Source: Limnochordia bacterium (GTDB taxonomy: Bacteria; Bacillota; Limnochordia; DTU080). From it: a DNA stretch of 64,000 bases. How positions within the stretch are numbered: the first letter of the stretch is position 1; each line of letters begins with the position of its first letter. The notes under the pieces are model-generated. The model was not told the DNA's origin and made no database searches. It saw only the letters and a list, made by a program, of their open reading frames with translations. The position numbers and the translations under genes are program-made. This document shows positions 1 to 9,058 of this stretch, one piece after another. The stretch lies in assembly GCA_050951545.1 (NCBI GenBank), contig JBMNJG010000005.1:128001-192000 (forward strand), in the 5' to 3' direction.

Positions 1-639
1 AACATCGGCGCCTTCCTTGCGACGAACGAGATCGACCCCGGCCAGAATGTTGGACCATTGGTCGTCTCCCCCCATCTCCAAGCGGCAACCGTACTTGCGG
101 AACAGCGCGAGGTAGTCGTAGGCTTGCATGAGCATGTAGTTAAACTCCAAAAACGAGAGCCCACGCTCCAATCGGGCCTTGAAGCACTCGAAGCTCAGCA
201 TGCGATTCACAGAGAAGTGCACGCCGATCTCACGGAGCACATCCACGTATTTCAAGTCCAAGAGCCAGTCTGCGTTGTCCACCATAAGAGCCTTGCCCGG
301 ACCGAAATCCAAAAAACGCGAGAGCTGCTGTCGGAAACGCTCCCCATTGGCTCGGATTTCCTCCCGCGAAAGCATCGGTCGCATGTCGGTCTTGCCGCTT
401 GGATCGCCCACCATGGTAGTACCACCACCCACCAGAGCAATGGGCCTGTGACCATGCCTTTGCATGTGCATCATAGCCATGATGGTCAGAAAATGACCGA
501 CGTGCAAGCTGTCAGCGGTGCAGTCGAAACCAACATAGAAGGTGACTGGCGAGTTTCCAAGCAACTCCCGCAGCGGCTCATCATGTGTCACCTGGGCTAC
601 GTAACCCCGCTCAAAAAGCACATCGAAAACGTTGCTCAT
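1..639 (-). CDS. tyrS: Tyrosyl-tRNA synthetase, N-terminal part (runs off window start)
   Basis: Not in ORF track. Manual translation from ATG 639 (SD GGGGAGG): [12 protein letters not shown]...[15 protein letters not shown]...[13 protein letters not shown]...[12 protein letters not shown]...GGDDQWSNI, i.e. class I HIGH motif plus TyrRS motifs. Confidence 0.97.
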   Translation of the reverse strand, partial: MSNVFDVLFERGYVAQVTHDEPLRELLGNSPVTFYVGFDCTADSLHVGHFLTIMAMMHMQRHGHRPIALVGGGTTMVGDPSGKTDMRPMLSREEIRANGERFRQQLSRFLDFGPGKALMVDNADWLLDLKYVDVLREIGVHFSVNRMLSFECFKARLERGLSFLEFNYMLMQAYDYLALFRKYGCRLEMGGDDQWSNILAGVDLVRRKEGADV

Positions 640-729
640 AGCTATATGGCCTCCCCCGTGCATTGTTGTCTACATTAGCGCCCCTCATGTACCCGCTTGG
701 ATGCGAGTATCCGAGCCCGCACGAAAACC

Positions 730-978
730 CCAAAAAAGAAAACCCCATCGCAAGGACGAGGGGCTCGTGGTACCACCTTGACTTCACGCCGTATGGCGCC
801 TCAGCCGGAAACATGCTTCCAGTCCGCTATAACGGGCGACCCGGCCTTGTCTACTCGAGTTCAACAGGCAGCTCCAGAAGGTAATTCGCCGTGTGCCGTG
901 CTGCCGACCTCGCACCCGAGCGGCCGACTCTCTGAGGCTGTAACCGACACCAGCTACTTTGTTTCCATCATAGCCTTT
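730..978 (-). promoter_or_regulatory. T-box riboswitch leader (Tyr specifier) with intrinsic terminator
   Basis: Minus strand: AGAGA and GGUGCGA stem-I motifs, specifier loop GAAU-UAC (UAC at 881-883), T-box AAGGUGGUACCACG (766-779), then hairpin + U-tract upstream of tyrS. Confidence 0.93.
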
Positions 979-983
979 CGTTC

Positions 984-1012
984 AGAGTACCACATTAGCC
1001 AATGGCCTTCAA
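984..1012 (-). promoter_or_regulatory. Sigma-A-like promoter for the tyrS leader
   Basis: TTGAAG-17 bp-TACTCT with extended -10 TG, immediately 5' of the T-box leader. Confidence 0.6.
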
Positions 1013-1426
1013 GCTCTGGAGGGAAGGTGGGTGCACACGTGAAATCGCGGCGAACACCCGTTCCTAATCATGCTGCCTCCCGCCTCTCCCAGAAATCGTC
1101 CCACTGTTCACCGTGGGAGTATGCTGCAACGTTTGGCATCTGCTGTGCCCCAAGTTGGCTCCAACGCATTCCAGATTGCCTGTGGCGCCTAACAACAACC
1201 TGCTTACAGGCGCTTTCTACGCATCCGCTGCCAATGGGGTAGCCAGCGGCCTCCAGCCTCGGATAAAGGGTTCATCTCCTCCTGCGAAGGTGCCTCTTGA
1301 GTGCGTGTCAACCCACGAGTAAATCTTACCGAAGACCGTATGGCTCGCTCACCAAAGATCTAACCCAACGCTTGTCTAAGTTAGAGCAGGCATAGGCTCA
1401 CGACTACTGCTACGGACTCTCTGGGA

Positions 1427-1454
1427 TGCATCGGTGGCCTCGGCCACCGATGCA
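1427..1454. repeat. Perfect 13-bp inverted repeat downstream of the HTH-nuclease gene
   Basis: TGCATCGGTGGCC-TC-GGCCACCGATGCA; no U-tract on either side. Confidence 0.85.
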
Positions 1455-1621
1455 GTTGGTGGGCCTTGGCCGATCAGTTGTTCAATCCTGTGGTGCATAG
1501 CCAGTGGGTTTAGCTCACGTTGCCGCTTCTGCACGATCGCCGGCGGCGGGTGGACGCGCACTAACATTGGCTGCACGGCTGATGTGAGCCCTGACGAAAC
1601 GGACAAGGCGACCCAGGGTGA

Positions 1622-2398
1622 TTACTCGTCTTGCTTTCTCTCAGATTGGCTGGCGGTTCCCCAGCCACGCTCATCTATTCTTTGCTGGTACTCACCGCAT
1701 CTACACTCGAGATAGTTGATGAGCCTCCGGTTGAAGTCCTGACCGCGCCGGAATGGCAGCCGCCTGTGAATCTTGCGCTCGATGATCTTGCAGGACAGCT
1801 CGTGAGCCTGAATCACGATCAGCTTGATCTTCTTCTTAGCGCAGATCTGCTGTTTGGTCTGGTCACGGCATTGCTGCTTATGGACCTGCTCAGCCGAATT
1901 CCCCTCAGTGACGCGGTAGTGTTGCGCCCCATTGAACTCCATGGCCGTATTGTGCAGGTAATAGAAGAGATCGACCTCCAGACGCTTGCCAGTTGCTGGG
2001 TTCCTCATGAAACCTGGGCGCATTCCGTCGTCGAAGTCAAGGCAATCGACAAGCGCCAAGAAGATAGCCTGCATGAGAGCCTCTCCGAGGTGCGTAGCGC
2101 GGTGGAGCTCATCCTGCACGTCTAGTATTTCTTTTACATTTCGCTTATCAACCGGGTTGTGGAGAGTGAAGCGAATCGGTGCCCGCTTGTGCGCCTGCTC
2201 CATCTCCAGCCAACCATGCTTGGCCAACTGACGAGCCGCGTGTTTGATGGTTTGGGGGCTCAGACTCATCCGGCCGGCTAACTCAGCGTATGTGAACTGC
2301 CTTTTGCGAGGTGGGTCCGTAGGTTTGGACAGCAGTAGGGCATAAACCAATTTGGCCTGTGCATGGATTTCAGTAGCCATGACTAGCTCGACAGGCAC
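1622..2398 (-). CDS. Winged-HTH + Vsr/DUF559-like (PD-(D/E)xK-fold) endonuclease; probably the C-terminal part of a frameshifted ~353-aa protein
   Basis: wHTH: FTYAELAGRMSLSPQTIKHAARQLAKHGWL. Nuclease-like motif: NPATGKRLEVDLF...AMEFNGAQHY...QQCRDQTKQQIC...IKLIVI. Confidence 0.75.
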   Translation of the reverse strand: MPVELVMATEIHAQAKLVYALLLSKPTDPPRKRQFTYAELAGRMSLSPQTIKHAARQLAKHGWLEMEQAHKRAPIRFTLHNPVDKRNVKEILDVQDELHRATHLGEALMQAIFLALVDCLDFDDGMRPGFMRNPATGKRLEVDLFYYLHNTAMEFNGAQHYRVTEGNSAEQVHKQQCRDQTKQQICAKKKIKLIVIQAHELSCKIIERKIHRRLPFRRGQDFNRRLINYLECRCGEYQQRIDERGWGTASQSERKQDE

Positions 2399-2682
2399 GG
2401 AGACCCTGTCCGGGGATGGCTTCTGTGCCGCGGTCTGGCTAGGCCCCGCCTAGCCGGTGGAGCAAACCAGCCCTCGGTGGTTAACTTGGCTGTCGCCCTG
2501 CGAACGGTAGGCCGGGACATACCCGTGCGCCGCCCCAGGCGGCTGGGCGAGAAAAGGAAGCTTTCCTCCAGCTGATCATCCATCGTTAAGGCCATCCAAA
2601 CGATCTTCTCGCTGGCTTTTAGCTCGCGAGTCAGTAGCAGTGAGAGCGGCACGTTCACCTCATCTACATAGAGAGAGTACAA
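2383..2682 (-). CDS. Winged-HTH domain; probably the N-terminal part of the same protein (frameshift at ~2386-2449)
   Basis: TTG 2682 follows SD GAGGTG. VNVPLSLLLTRELKASEKIVWMAL...SPSRLGRRTGMSRPTVRRATAKLTTEGWF aligns with VSVPVELVMATEIHAQAKLVYALL...GWL in the downstream frame. Confidence 0.7.
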   Translation of the reverse strand: MYSLYVDEVNVPLSLLLTRELKASEKIVWMALTMDDQLEESFLFSPSRLGRRTGMSRPTVRRATAKLTTEGWFAPPARRGLARPRHRSHPRTGSPCLSS

Positions 2683-2730
2683 GGGCCTCACCTCACACAA
2701 CGATCATGTGTTCGATTGTCTCGATGGGAT

Positions 2731-2757
2731 GTTCGGTACGTGAGGCCAGAATCCTTC
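2731..2757 (-). promoter_or_regulatory. Sigma-H-like promoter for the HTH-nuclease gene
   Basis: GAAGGA-N17-GAAC about 50 nt upstream of the start codon; the same motif recurs before other genes in this window. Confidence 0.45.
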
Positions 2758-2796
2758 CACAGCTTTCGCTGAAAACGCGCGCATTGCCGGCTAAGA

Positions 2797-2812
2797 CCCG
2801 GTGGCCACCGGG
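2797..2812. repeat. Perfect 16-bp palindrome between nuclease gene and array
   Basis: CCCGGTGGCCACCGGG. Confidence 0.85.
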
Positions 2813-2837
2813 AGTCGACAGCATTTCCCGCTCGGAT

Positions 2838-5050
2838 CATCGGCTGAGTGGGAAAAGGCTATCGACACTGTTCGGTTATGTACCGCCCGGTAGCTCCAGA
2901 AGGGCCACCAAGGCGGGAAAGCGTGCCTCTTTTGGGGGGAAATGAGCCCTTCGGGCGGTCAAAATGAGCAAAAAGGGCTCCGCGAAGGCCGCATCGCTGC
3001 ACTTTTACCACGTACATTGGGCCCGGGGGTTAATGAGGCGGCTCTTTTGCCATCGCGGTCGGATTCTTGGCCCCGACTCACATACCAATCCGGGTGCATC
3101 TGTCCGACTACCGAGCGAGTCTCGCGAGCGTGTCCATTGATCCGTCCATTCTCTTCCAAATGCACCGACCGGGATAACACCGAAGGGTCGGTCCGCAGAG
3201 GGACCCGAGTGAGCCCGCCGTGATCGCGCACTGGGGAGCTGACCCCATCGGCTGAGTGGGAAAAAGGCTATCGCTCACCGTTCGGTTATGTACTGCCCGG
3301 CAGCCCCAGAAGCGGAACCAAGGCGGGAAAGCGCGCTCTTAGGCGGGGAAATGAGCCCTTCGGGCGGTCAAAATGAGCAAAAAGGGCTCCGCGAAGGCCG
3401 CATCGCTGCACTTTTACCACGTACATTGGCCCCGGGGGTTAATGGGGCGGCTCTTTTGCCATCGCGGTCGGATTCTTGGCCCCGACTCACGTACCAATCC
3501 GGGTACATCTGTTCGACTACCGAGCGAGTCTCGCGAGCGTGTCCATTGATCCGTCCATTCTCTTCCAAATGCACCGACCGGGGCAACACCGAAGGGTCGG
3601 TCCGCAGAGGGACCCGAGTGAGCCCGCCGTGATCGCGCACTGGGGAGCTGACCCCATCGACTGAGTGGGAAAAAGGCTACCGCCACCGTCCGGTTATGTA
3701 CCGCCCAGTAGCCCCAGAAGGGCCACCAAGGCGGGAAAGCGTGCCCTTAGGCGGGGAAATGAGCCCTTCGGGCGGTCAAAATGAGCAAAAAGGGCTTCGC
3801 GAAGGCCGCATCGCTGCACTTTTACCACGTACATTGGCCCCGGGGGCTAATGAGGCGGCTCTTTTGCCATCGCGGTCGGATTCTTGGCCCCGACTCGCAT
3901 GCCAATGCGGGTGAATCCCGTCCGACTACCGAGCGAGTCTCGCGAGCGCGTCCATTGCATCCGTCCACCTTTTTCGAAATACACCGACCGGGGCAACACC
4001 GAAGGGTCGGTCCGCAGAGGGACCCGAGTGAGCCCGCCGTGATCGCGCACTGGGGAGCTGACCCCATCGACTGAGTGGGAAAAGGCAGTCACTACCGTTC
4101 GGTTATGTGCCGCCCAGTAGCCCCAGAAGGGCCACCAAGGCGAGAAAGGTGCGCTCTTAGGCGGGGAAATGAGCCCTTCGGGCGGTCAAAATGAGCAAAA
4201 AGGGCTCCGCGAAGGCCGCATCGCTGCACTTTTACCACGTACATTGGCCCCGGGGGTTAATGAGGCGGCTCTTTTGCCATCGCCGTCGGATCTTGGCCCC
4301 TACTCACGTACCAATCCGGGTGCATCTGTCCGACTACCGAGCCAGTCTCGCGAGCGCGTCCATGCATCCGTCCATTCTCTTCCAAATGCACCGACCGGGA
4401 TAACAGTGAAGGGTCGGTTCGCAGAGGGACCCGAGCGAGCCCGCTGTGATCGCGCACTGGGGAGCTGACCCCATCGACTGAGTGGGAAAAAGGTACCGTC
4501 ACCATCCGGTTATGTACCGCCCAGTAGCCCCAGAAGGGCCACCAAGGCGGGAAAGCGCTCTCTTTTGGGGGGAAAAGAGCCCTTCGGGCGGTCAAAATCG
4601 GCAAAAAGGGCTCCGCGAAGGCCGCATCGCTGCACTTTTACCACGTACATTGGGCCCGGGGGTTAATGAGGCGGCTCTCTTGCCATCGCCGTCGGATCTT
4701 GGTCCCTACTCGCATGCCAATGCGGGTAAATCCCGTCCGACTACCGAGCCAGTCTCGCGAGCGCGTCCATGCATCCGTCCATTCTCTTCCAAATGCACCG
4801 ACCGGGTTAACACTGAAGGGTCGGTTCGCAGAGGGACCCGAGCGAGCCCGCTGTGATCGCGCACTGGGGAGCTGACCCCATCGACTGAGTGGGAAAAAGG
4901 TACCGTCACCATCCGGTTATGTACCGCCCAGTAGCCCCAGAAGGGCCACCAAGGCGAGAAAGCGTGCCCTTAGGCGGCGAAAAGCACCCTTCAGGCTGTC
5001 CAAACCAGCCAGAAGGGCTTCGCGAAGGCCGCATCGCTAGGTTGTTACCA
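2838..5050. repeat. Tandem array of ~408-bp units (5 full + 1 partial, degenerate)
   Basis: Unit starts (CATCG[G/A]CTGAGTGGG) at 2838, 3246, 3655, 4065, 4472, 4879; periods 408/409/410/407/407. Units differ by scattered SNPs and small indels; there are no unique spacers. Confidence 0.97.
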
Positions 5051-5287
5051 CCAACCCAAGCGAACGCAGGGAGATTACCGCAGTTTTTGCGTGGCCCCAG
5101 GGAAGGTCCGTCGACTACCACCACCTATTAGTGTAGCCCCGATCCCGAAAAAAACACTGTGCCTACAGGTGTAAGAGTTTCCATGCGGAAATACCCTCAT
5201 AGTACGCGTATGTGACGATTCCAATGCACTGTCTGGCATCATCCGAGACCGGGCTACGCCACTAACGCTGTAGAAAGAAGGTAACAC

Positions 5288-6130
5288 TTGAGCATTCGCA
5301 TTGTGACCGACAGTTCCTGTGACCTCCCTGCTGAACTCGCCCAGGAGCTAGACATTGAGGTTGTGCCTCTAACCGTGATCATCGATGGCCAGGAGTACGT
5401 TGAGGGTGTGACCATGGATGCCTCGCGTTTTGCGCACGTGATGCGCAACAGCACGGAACTGCCCAAAACATCACAGCCGAGCCCGCATGCTTTTGCATCT
5501 GCCTTTGAGCGTGTGGCCACTACCGCGAATAAAGCTGCCGAGGTGCTGTGTATCACGCTTTCATCGAAGCTGTCTGGCACCTTCCAGTCGGCGTGCATGG
5601 CCCGCAAGTTCTTTCGAGGCACCGTGAATGTGATTGATTCGCGCTCGGGAACGCTCGGTCTGGGTCTCATGGCATTGGAAGCTAAACGCCTAGCCACCCT
5701 GGGACTCTCCCTTAGTGAGATCACAGAGAAGATCGAAGCCATGCGAGAGCAGATCTCCGTCTTCGTGAGCCTGGACACGCTGGAAAACGCGGTCAAGGGC
5801 GGCCGTGTGCGACGAGTCGAGGCCGCTGTGGCTCAGCTACTGCGCATGAAGATCTTTGTGCGCACCAAAGACGGTGAGGTAGTAGTCTGCGGAAAGGCAC
5901 GTGGACGCAAGAACATGCTTGCCGGTTTCCTCGAAGCGATGCAGACCAAGGCTGAAGATTACCGTGATCGTTTCGTAGGTATCACGCATGTTGATAACGT
6001 CGCCGATGCCCAAGTTCTAGCCGATGCGATTAGGCACCGCTTTAGCCCGGCCCGGATCATTATCGCTCCAATGGGCAGTACCATCGCTACCTATGCTGGA
6101 GTAGGAGCCTTGGCGCTGGCCTACTGGTAG
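5288..6130 (+). CDS. DegV/FakB family fatty-acid-binding protein
   Basis: IVTDSSCDLP, PKTSQPSP, LSSKLSGT, GGR motifs. Confidence 0.95.
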   Translation: MSIRIVTDSSCDLPAELAQELDIEVVPLTVIIDGQEYVEGVTMDASRFAHVMRNSTELPKTSQPSPHAFASAFERVATTANKAAEVLCITLSSKLSGTFQSACMARKFFRGTVNVIDSRSGTLGLGLMALEAKRLATLGLSLSEITEKIEAMREQISVFVSLDTLENAVKGGRVRRVEAAVAQLLRMKIFVRTKDGEVVVCGKARGRKNMLAGFLEAMQTKAEDYRDRFVGITHVDNVADAQVLADAIRHRFSPARIIIAPMGSTIATYAGVGALALAYW

Positions 6131-6151
6131 CCGCCACGACTGACTTCACGC

Positions 6152-6173
6152 AGACCGCCCCTACGGGCGGTCT
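6152..6173. terminator. Hairpin between convergent genes
   Basis: AGACCGCCC-CTAC-GGGCGGTCT. Confidence 0.55.
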
Positions 6174-6194
6174 TCCATGTTCTAACCCAGCCAG

Positions 6195-6965
6195 CTATCT
6201 GCCAAAGTAAGAAGCCAGCCCATCACGAATCCCTTCGCCCGCCAGGGTATGGTACCACTCGCTACACAGGAGCTTCTCCTCGTCTGCATTAGACAAGAAA
6301 CCAAGCTCCACCAGGACCGCTGGCATGGGCGCCTCAACGACAACGTAAAAGCCCTTTCTAATCGCACCTACACTGCGGCCACCCAGACGGTTAACCAAAG
6401 CATCTTGCACGCATTGCGCCAACCTGGGAGAGCCCCAGTAGTAGGTAGTTGTACCTGTGAGAGCGGGATTGGGGTTCCAATCATTGTGGATGCTGATGAA
6501 TACATCGGCCTTGGCCTGGGCCGCAATCCGAACCCGCTGCTGCAATCGATCAGACAGGGCCGCGCCCTGATCCAGCAACTCCAGATTGGGCTCATGATCG
6601 CCCTCCCGTGTGAGCACCACTCTCACACCCACCTCCTCCAATACTCGCTTGATGGCCAGGGCAGCGGCCAATGCATTGTCCTTCTCACGACTGCCGGCAA
6701 CTCCAATAGCCCCGGTTTCGGTCCCTCCGTGGCCCGGATCAATGGCCACGACCTTCCCCGATAGCACACGTGCCTGAGCCGCAATAGTGGCTGCTGGTGC
6801 GCGAGTAGAGGGTGATGCTTCCATGTCTGATACATCCGACTGCGCCTGGTCAGCGGGTACCGGAACAGACAGTTCGTCAACAGGCACGCCTGCCTGCAAT
6901 AGCGCGTACCAGATGAGAAGGAGGGCCAAGACTTTGGTTATGTTGCCCGGTTGTATGATGCCCAA
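6195..6965 (-). CDS. N-acetylmuramoyl-L-alanine amidase (Amidase_3), secreted or membrane-anchored
   Basis: IDPGHGG, EK, FISIHND, PAVLVELGFLSN; hydrophobic N-terminus. Confidence 0.93.
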   Translation of the reverse strand: MGIIQPGNITKVLALLLIWYALLQAGVPVDELSVPVPADQAQSDVSDMEASPSTRAPAATIAAQARVLSGKVVAIDPGHGGTETGAIGVAGSREKDNALAAALAIKRVLEEVGVRVVLTREGDHEPNLELLDQGAALSDRLQQRVRIAAQAKADVFISIHNDWNPNPALTGTTTYYWGSPRLAQCVQDALVNRLGGRSVGAIRKGFYVVVEAPMPAVLVELGFLSNADEEKLLCSEWYHTLAGEGIRDGLASYFGR

Positions 6966-7253
6966 GCTACTGGTCCTTTCCGCAGATCAACTGCAGCGAT
7001 GCTTCCGAGTAACACAACCGTTTGCGGAAACCACCATCATCCCCTACATGCAAACAACCCCGGCTGAGGAAGCAAATGCCTGGGCTGCCTGGTTAAGGTG
7101 CTCTGCATCACATTCACAAGCTTTCCCTGAGAAAGGTAGAAGCGCTGGTAAGGGGAGCACCAAGGCCGCCGGGCGCTCACACCAGAGCAAATGGAAGGTC
7201 GGGGATCATGATTCAACGGGCTCAGAAAATGGATACTTCGGGGCTTGTCTGGG

Positions 7254-8183
7254 TTACTCAGGCTCTGAAGCCCGAGACTGGCGAGAGGTGGGACGCGCGA
7301 GAACCTCAAAGCCTTCGCCCAAGACACTGCGAACATCCGAGATGATAACGAACGAGTGAGGATCCACCTCTGCCACCAGATCCGTCAGTTGCCTCAGCTC
7401 GCCCCGACTAACCACCACTAGCAGAAGACAACGCCCCTCTTGTGTATACATTCCCTTGCCTGCCAGTGCCGTAACGCCTCGACCTAACCGCACGAATACG
7501 GCTTCGCTCACGGCGGAGGCCTTGGCTGACTCGGTGACTACGAGCGCTTGACGTGCATAGGGAATCCCCTCTAGAACCACGTCAATCACGAAGCTAGCGG
7601 CAATAAGCGACATCAGACCATAGAGGGCTAGCTCGGGACTGAAAGCCAAGGCGGCAAGCAGCAGCACAACACCATCAGCCATGAGCAGGTAGGTACCGAA
7701 CCCCTGGCGTCCTGAGCGATGCTGCAGTAGCGAGGCAGCAACGTCCGTACCCCCAGTAGAACCCCCGCTGCGAAAGCAAAGACCCATCCCCACCCCTGAC
7801 AGCAGACCGCCGGAGATAGCCGCTAAGAGCGGATCACGCGTCAGAGGATGTACCAAAGGGGCTAAGGTATCGATGAACAGACTGACAAGCGACGCCCCGA
7901 GCACGGTCTTGATAGCCATGCGCCAACCAAGCATGATCACCGCCAACACGAGCAGAGGCACGTTAAGCGCCATGCTCACAGCACCAACTGGCAATCCCAC
8001 CCAGTGAAAGACGATCGTTGCCAGCCCGCTTACGCCTCCCGCAGCAATTCGATTGGGCACCAAGAACCAGTCAAGGGCTAAGGCTACAAGCAACGCCCCA
8101 AACACAATGAAGAACACATCCTGTAGGACTCTCGCCAAGCGTCTTAGCAAGGAACTCACCCCTTTCGTCCGCTTCTCCACCAT
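7254..8183 (-). CDS. YitT family membrane protein (DUF161/DUF2179)
   Basis: AAGGVSG, GGSTGGTD, RGVT...GMYT, VDPHSFV...VLGEGF; start moved to ATG 8183 after SD GGAGAGG. Confidence 0.92.
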   Translation of the reverse strand: MVEKRTKGVSSLLRRLARVLQDVFFIVFGALLVALALDWFLVPNRIAAGGVSGLATIVFHWVGLPVGAVSMALNVPLLVLAVIMLGWRMAIKTVLGASLVSLFIDTLAPLVHPLTRDPLLAAISGGLLSGVGMGLCFRSGGSTGGTDVAASLLQHRSGRQGFGTYLLMADGVVLLLAALAFSPELALYGLMSLIAASFVIDVVLEGIPYARQALVVTESAKASAVSEAVFVRLGRGVTALAGKGMYTQEGRCLLLVVVSRGELRQLTDLVAEVDPHSFVIISDVRSVLGEGFEVLARPTSRQSRASEPE

Positions 8184-8224
8184 TTCGCCAATCCTCTCCC
8201 GGGGCCTATCGACGCAGACGTCCC

Positions 8225-8845
8225 TCATTTGAACCTTCTCGGGCGCCCCTGCGCAGACTCCATACGACGAACATAGGCGCGCACACCGAAATAGAAGGGG
8301 ATCCATGATAGCTTCCACCAGGCCTTCCCCCGGCGTTGCCTCTTCTGTTGACGGGCAATCAAACTTAATCGTTCAGCGCGCCGTTCGTAGGCTAGACCAT
8401 GGTAGATGGCGATCAGGGCGCAGAATCGCAACGTATGCGACAGTAACGAGGCGGTCGCTGTCTGAAGGCTGAGATGAGCATAGCCCCACACCGCAGCCAG
8501 CACATCGGAGACCAGTGCCGCCAGAGCCCATACCACAGCGATTGGCAGCTGCAGAGAAGACTGCTTAGGCAAGTACTGAAGAAACAGTGTGCCTTCCACA
8601 AAGCGGGGCCCGGCGAACGTGACGAGACCGACGCCCACGAGTTTGGCTACGATCACATCCGCATTCCAGAAGTTGAGATGACGTCGAATGACCAGCTCAA
8701 TGGCTATAGCTATGGCAACACTCCATAGACCACCGCTGTAGAACAGTCCAAAAGCTCGCCACCCTGAAGCCAAAAAAAGACTCCCCCAGGTCAGAAGCAG
8801 CGTGCTCACCCACCACCACCCCGACCCCATGGCCATTGTGTGCAC
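8225..8845 (-). CDS. Hypothetical multi-pass membrane protein
   Basis: 206-aa ORF with several hydrophobic segments, SD-like sequence upstream, co-oriented with yitT. Confidence 0.6.
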   Translation of the reverse strand: MHTMAMGSGWWWVSTLLLTWGSLFLASGWRAFGLFYSGGLWSVAIAIAIELVIRRHLNFWNADVIVAKLVGVGLVTFAGPRFVEGTLFLQYLPKQSSLQLPIAVVWALAALVSDVLAAVWGYAHLSLQTATASLLSHTLRFCALIAIYHGLAYERRAERLSLIARQQKRQRRGKAWWKLSWIPFYFGVRAYVRRMESAQGRPRRFK

Positions 8846-9058
8846 CCCCTAAGTTCGCCAGGCACAAGCCCTCTTCCGCCATTTTATCCCGCTAGCGTAT
8901 CCCCTAGCCAGAATGCACAGCAACAACGAGAGATGCTTCACGTTTATGGGACAGCGGAAGAACGTACCAAGAAGGAAATCACCTACGTGGTGCAAAAGGT
9001 AGATAGACATCTCAGAGGCTCTGAAACCGTAGGCGGATGGGAAAGGGGACACGCTGTC

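Noticed and set aside
58-678. 206-aa plus-strand ORF
   Set aside because: It is the antisense shadow of tyrS.
1579-1600. Hammerhead-like CTGATG...GAAAC
   Set aside because: The core is CUGAUGU, not CUGAnGA, and no convincing stems I-III form.
1622-2682. IS transposase or plasmid replication initiator with iterons
   Set aside because: No DDE, HUH or recombinase motif, no terminal inverted repeats or target duplication seen, and the repeats are far too long for iterons. Mobility remains unproven.
2838-5050. CRISPR or TIGR-like guide array
   Set aside because: Units are ~408 bp and similar along their whole length, with no unique spacers and no cas genes in the window.
2942-5131. Many 68-124 aa ORFs inside the repeats
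   Set aside because: Indels change the frame between units, ORFs occur on both strands, and there is no consistent SD or protein-like composition.
6966-7253. Possible sRNA or riboswitch in the ~290-bp gap before the amidase
   Set aside because: No recognisable riboswitch motif or terminator could be supported by eye.
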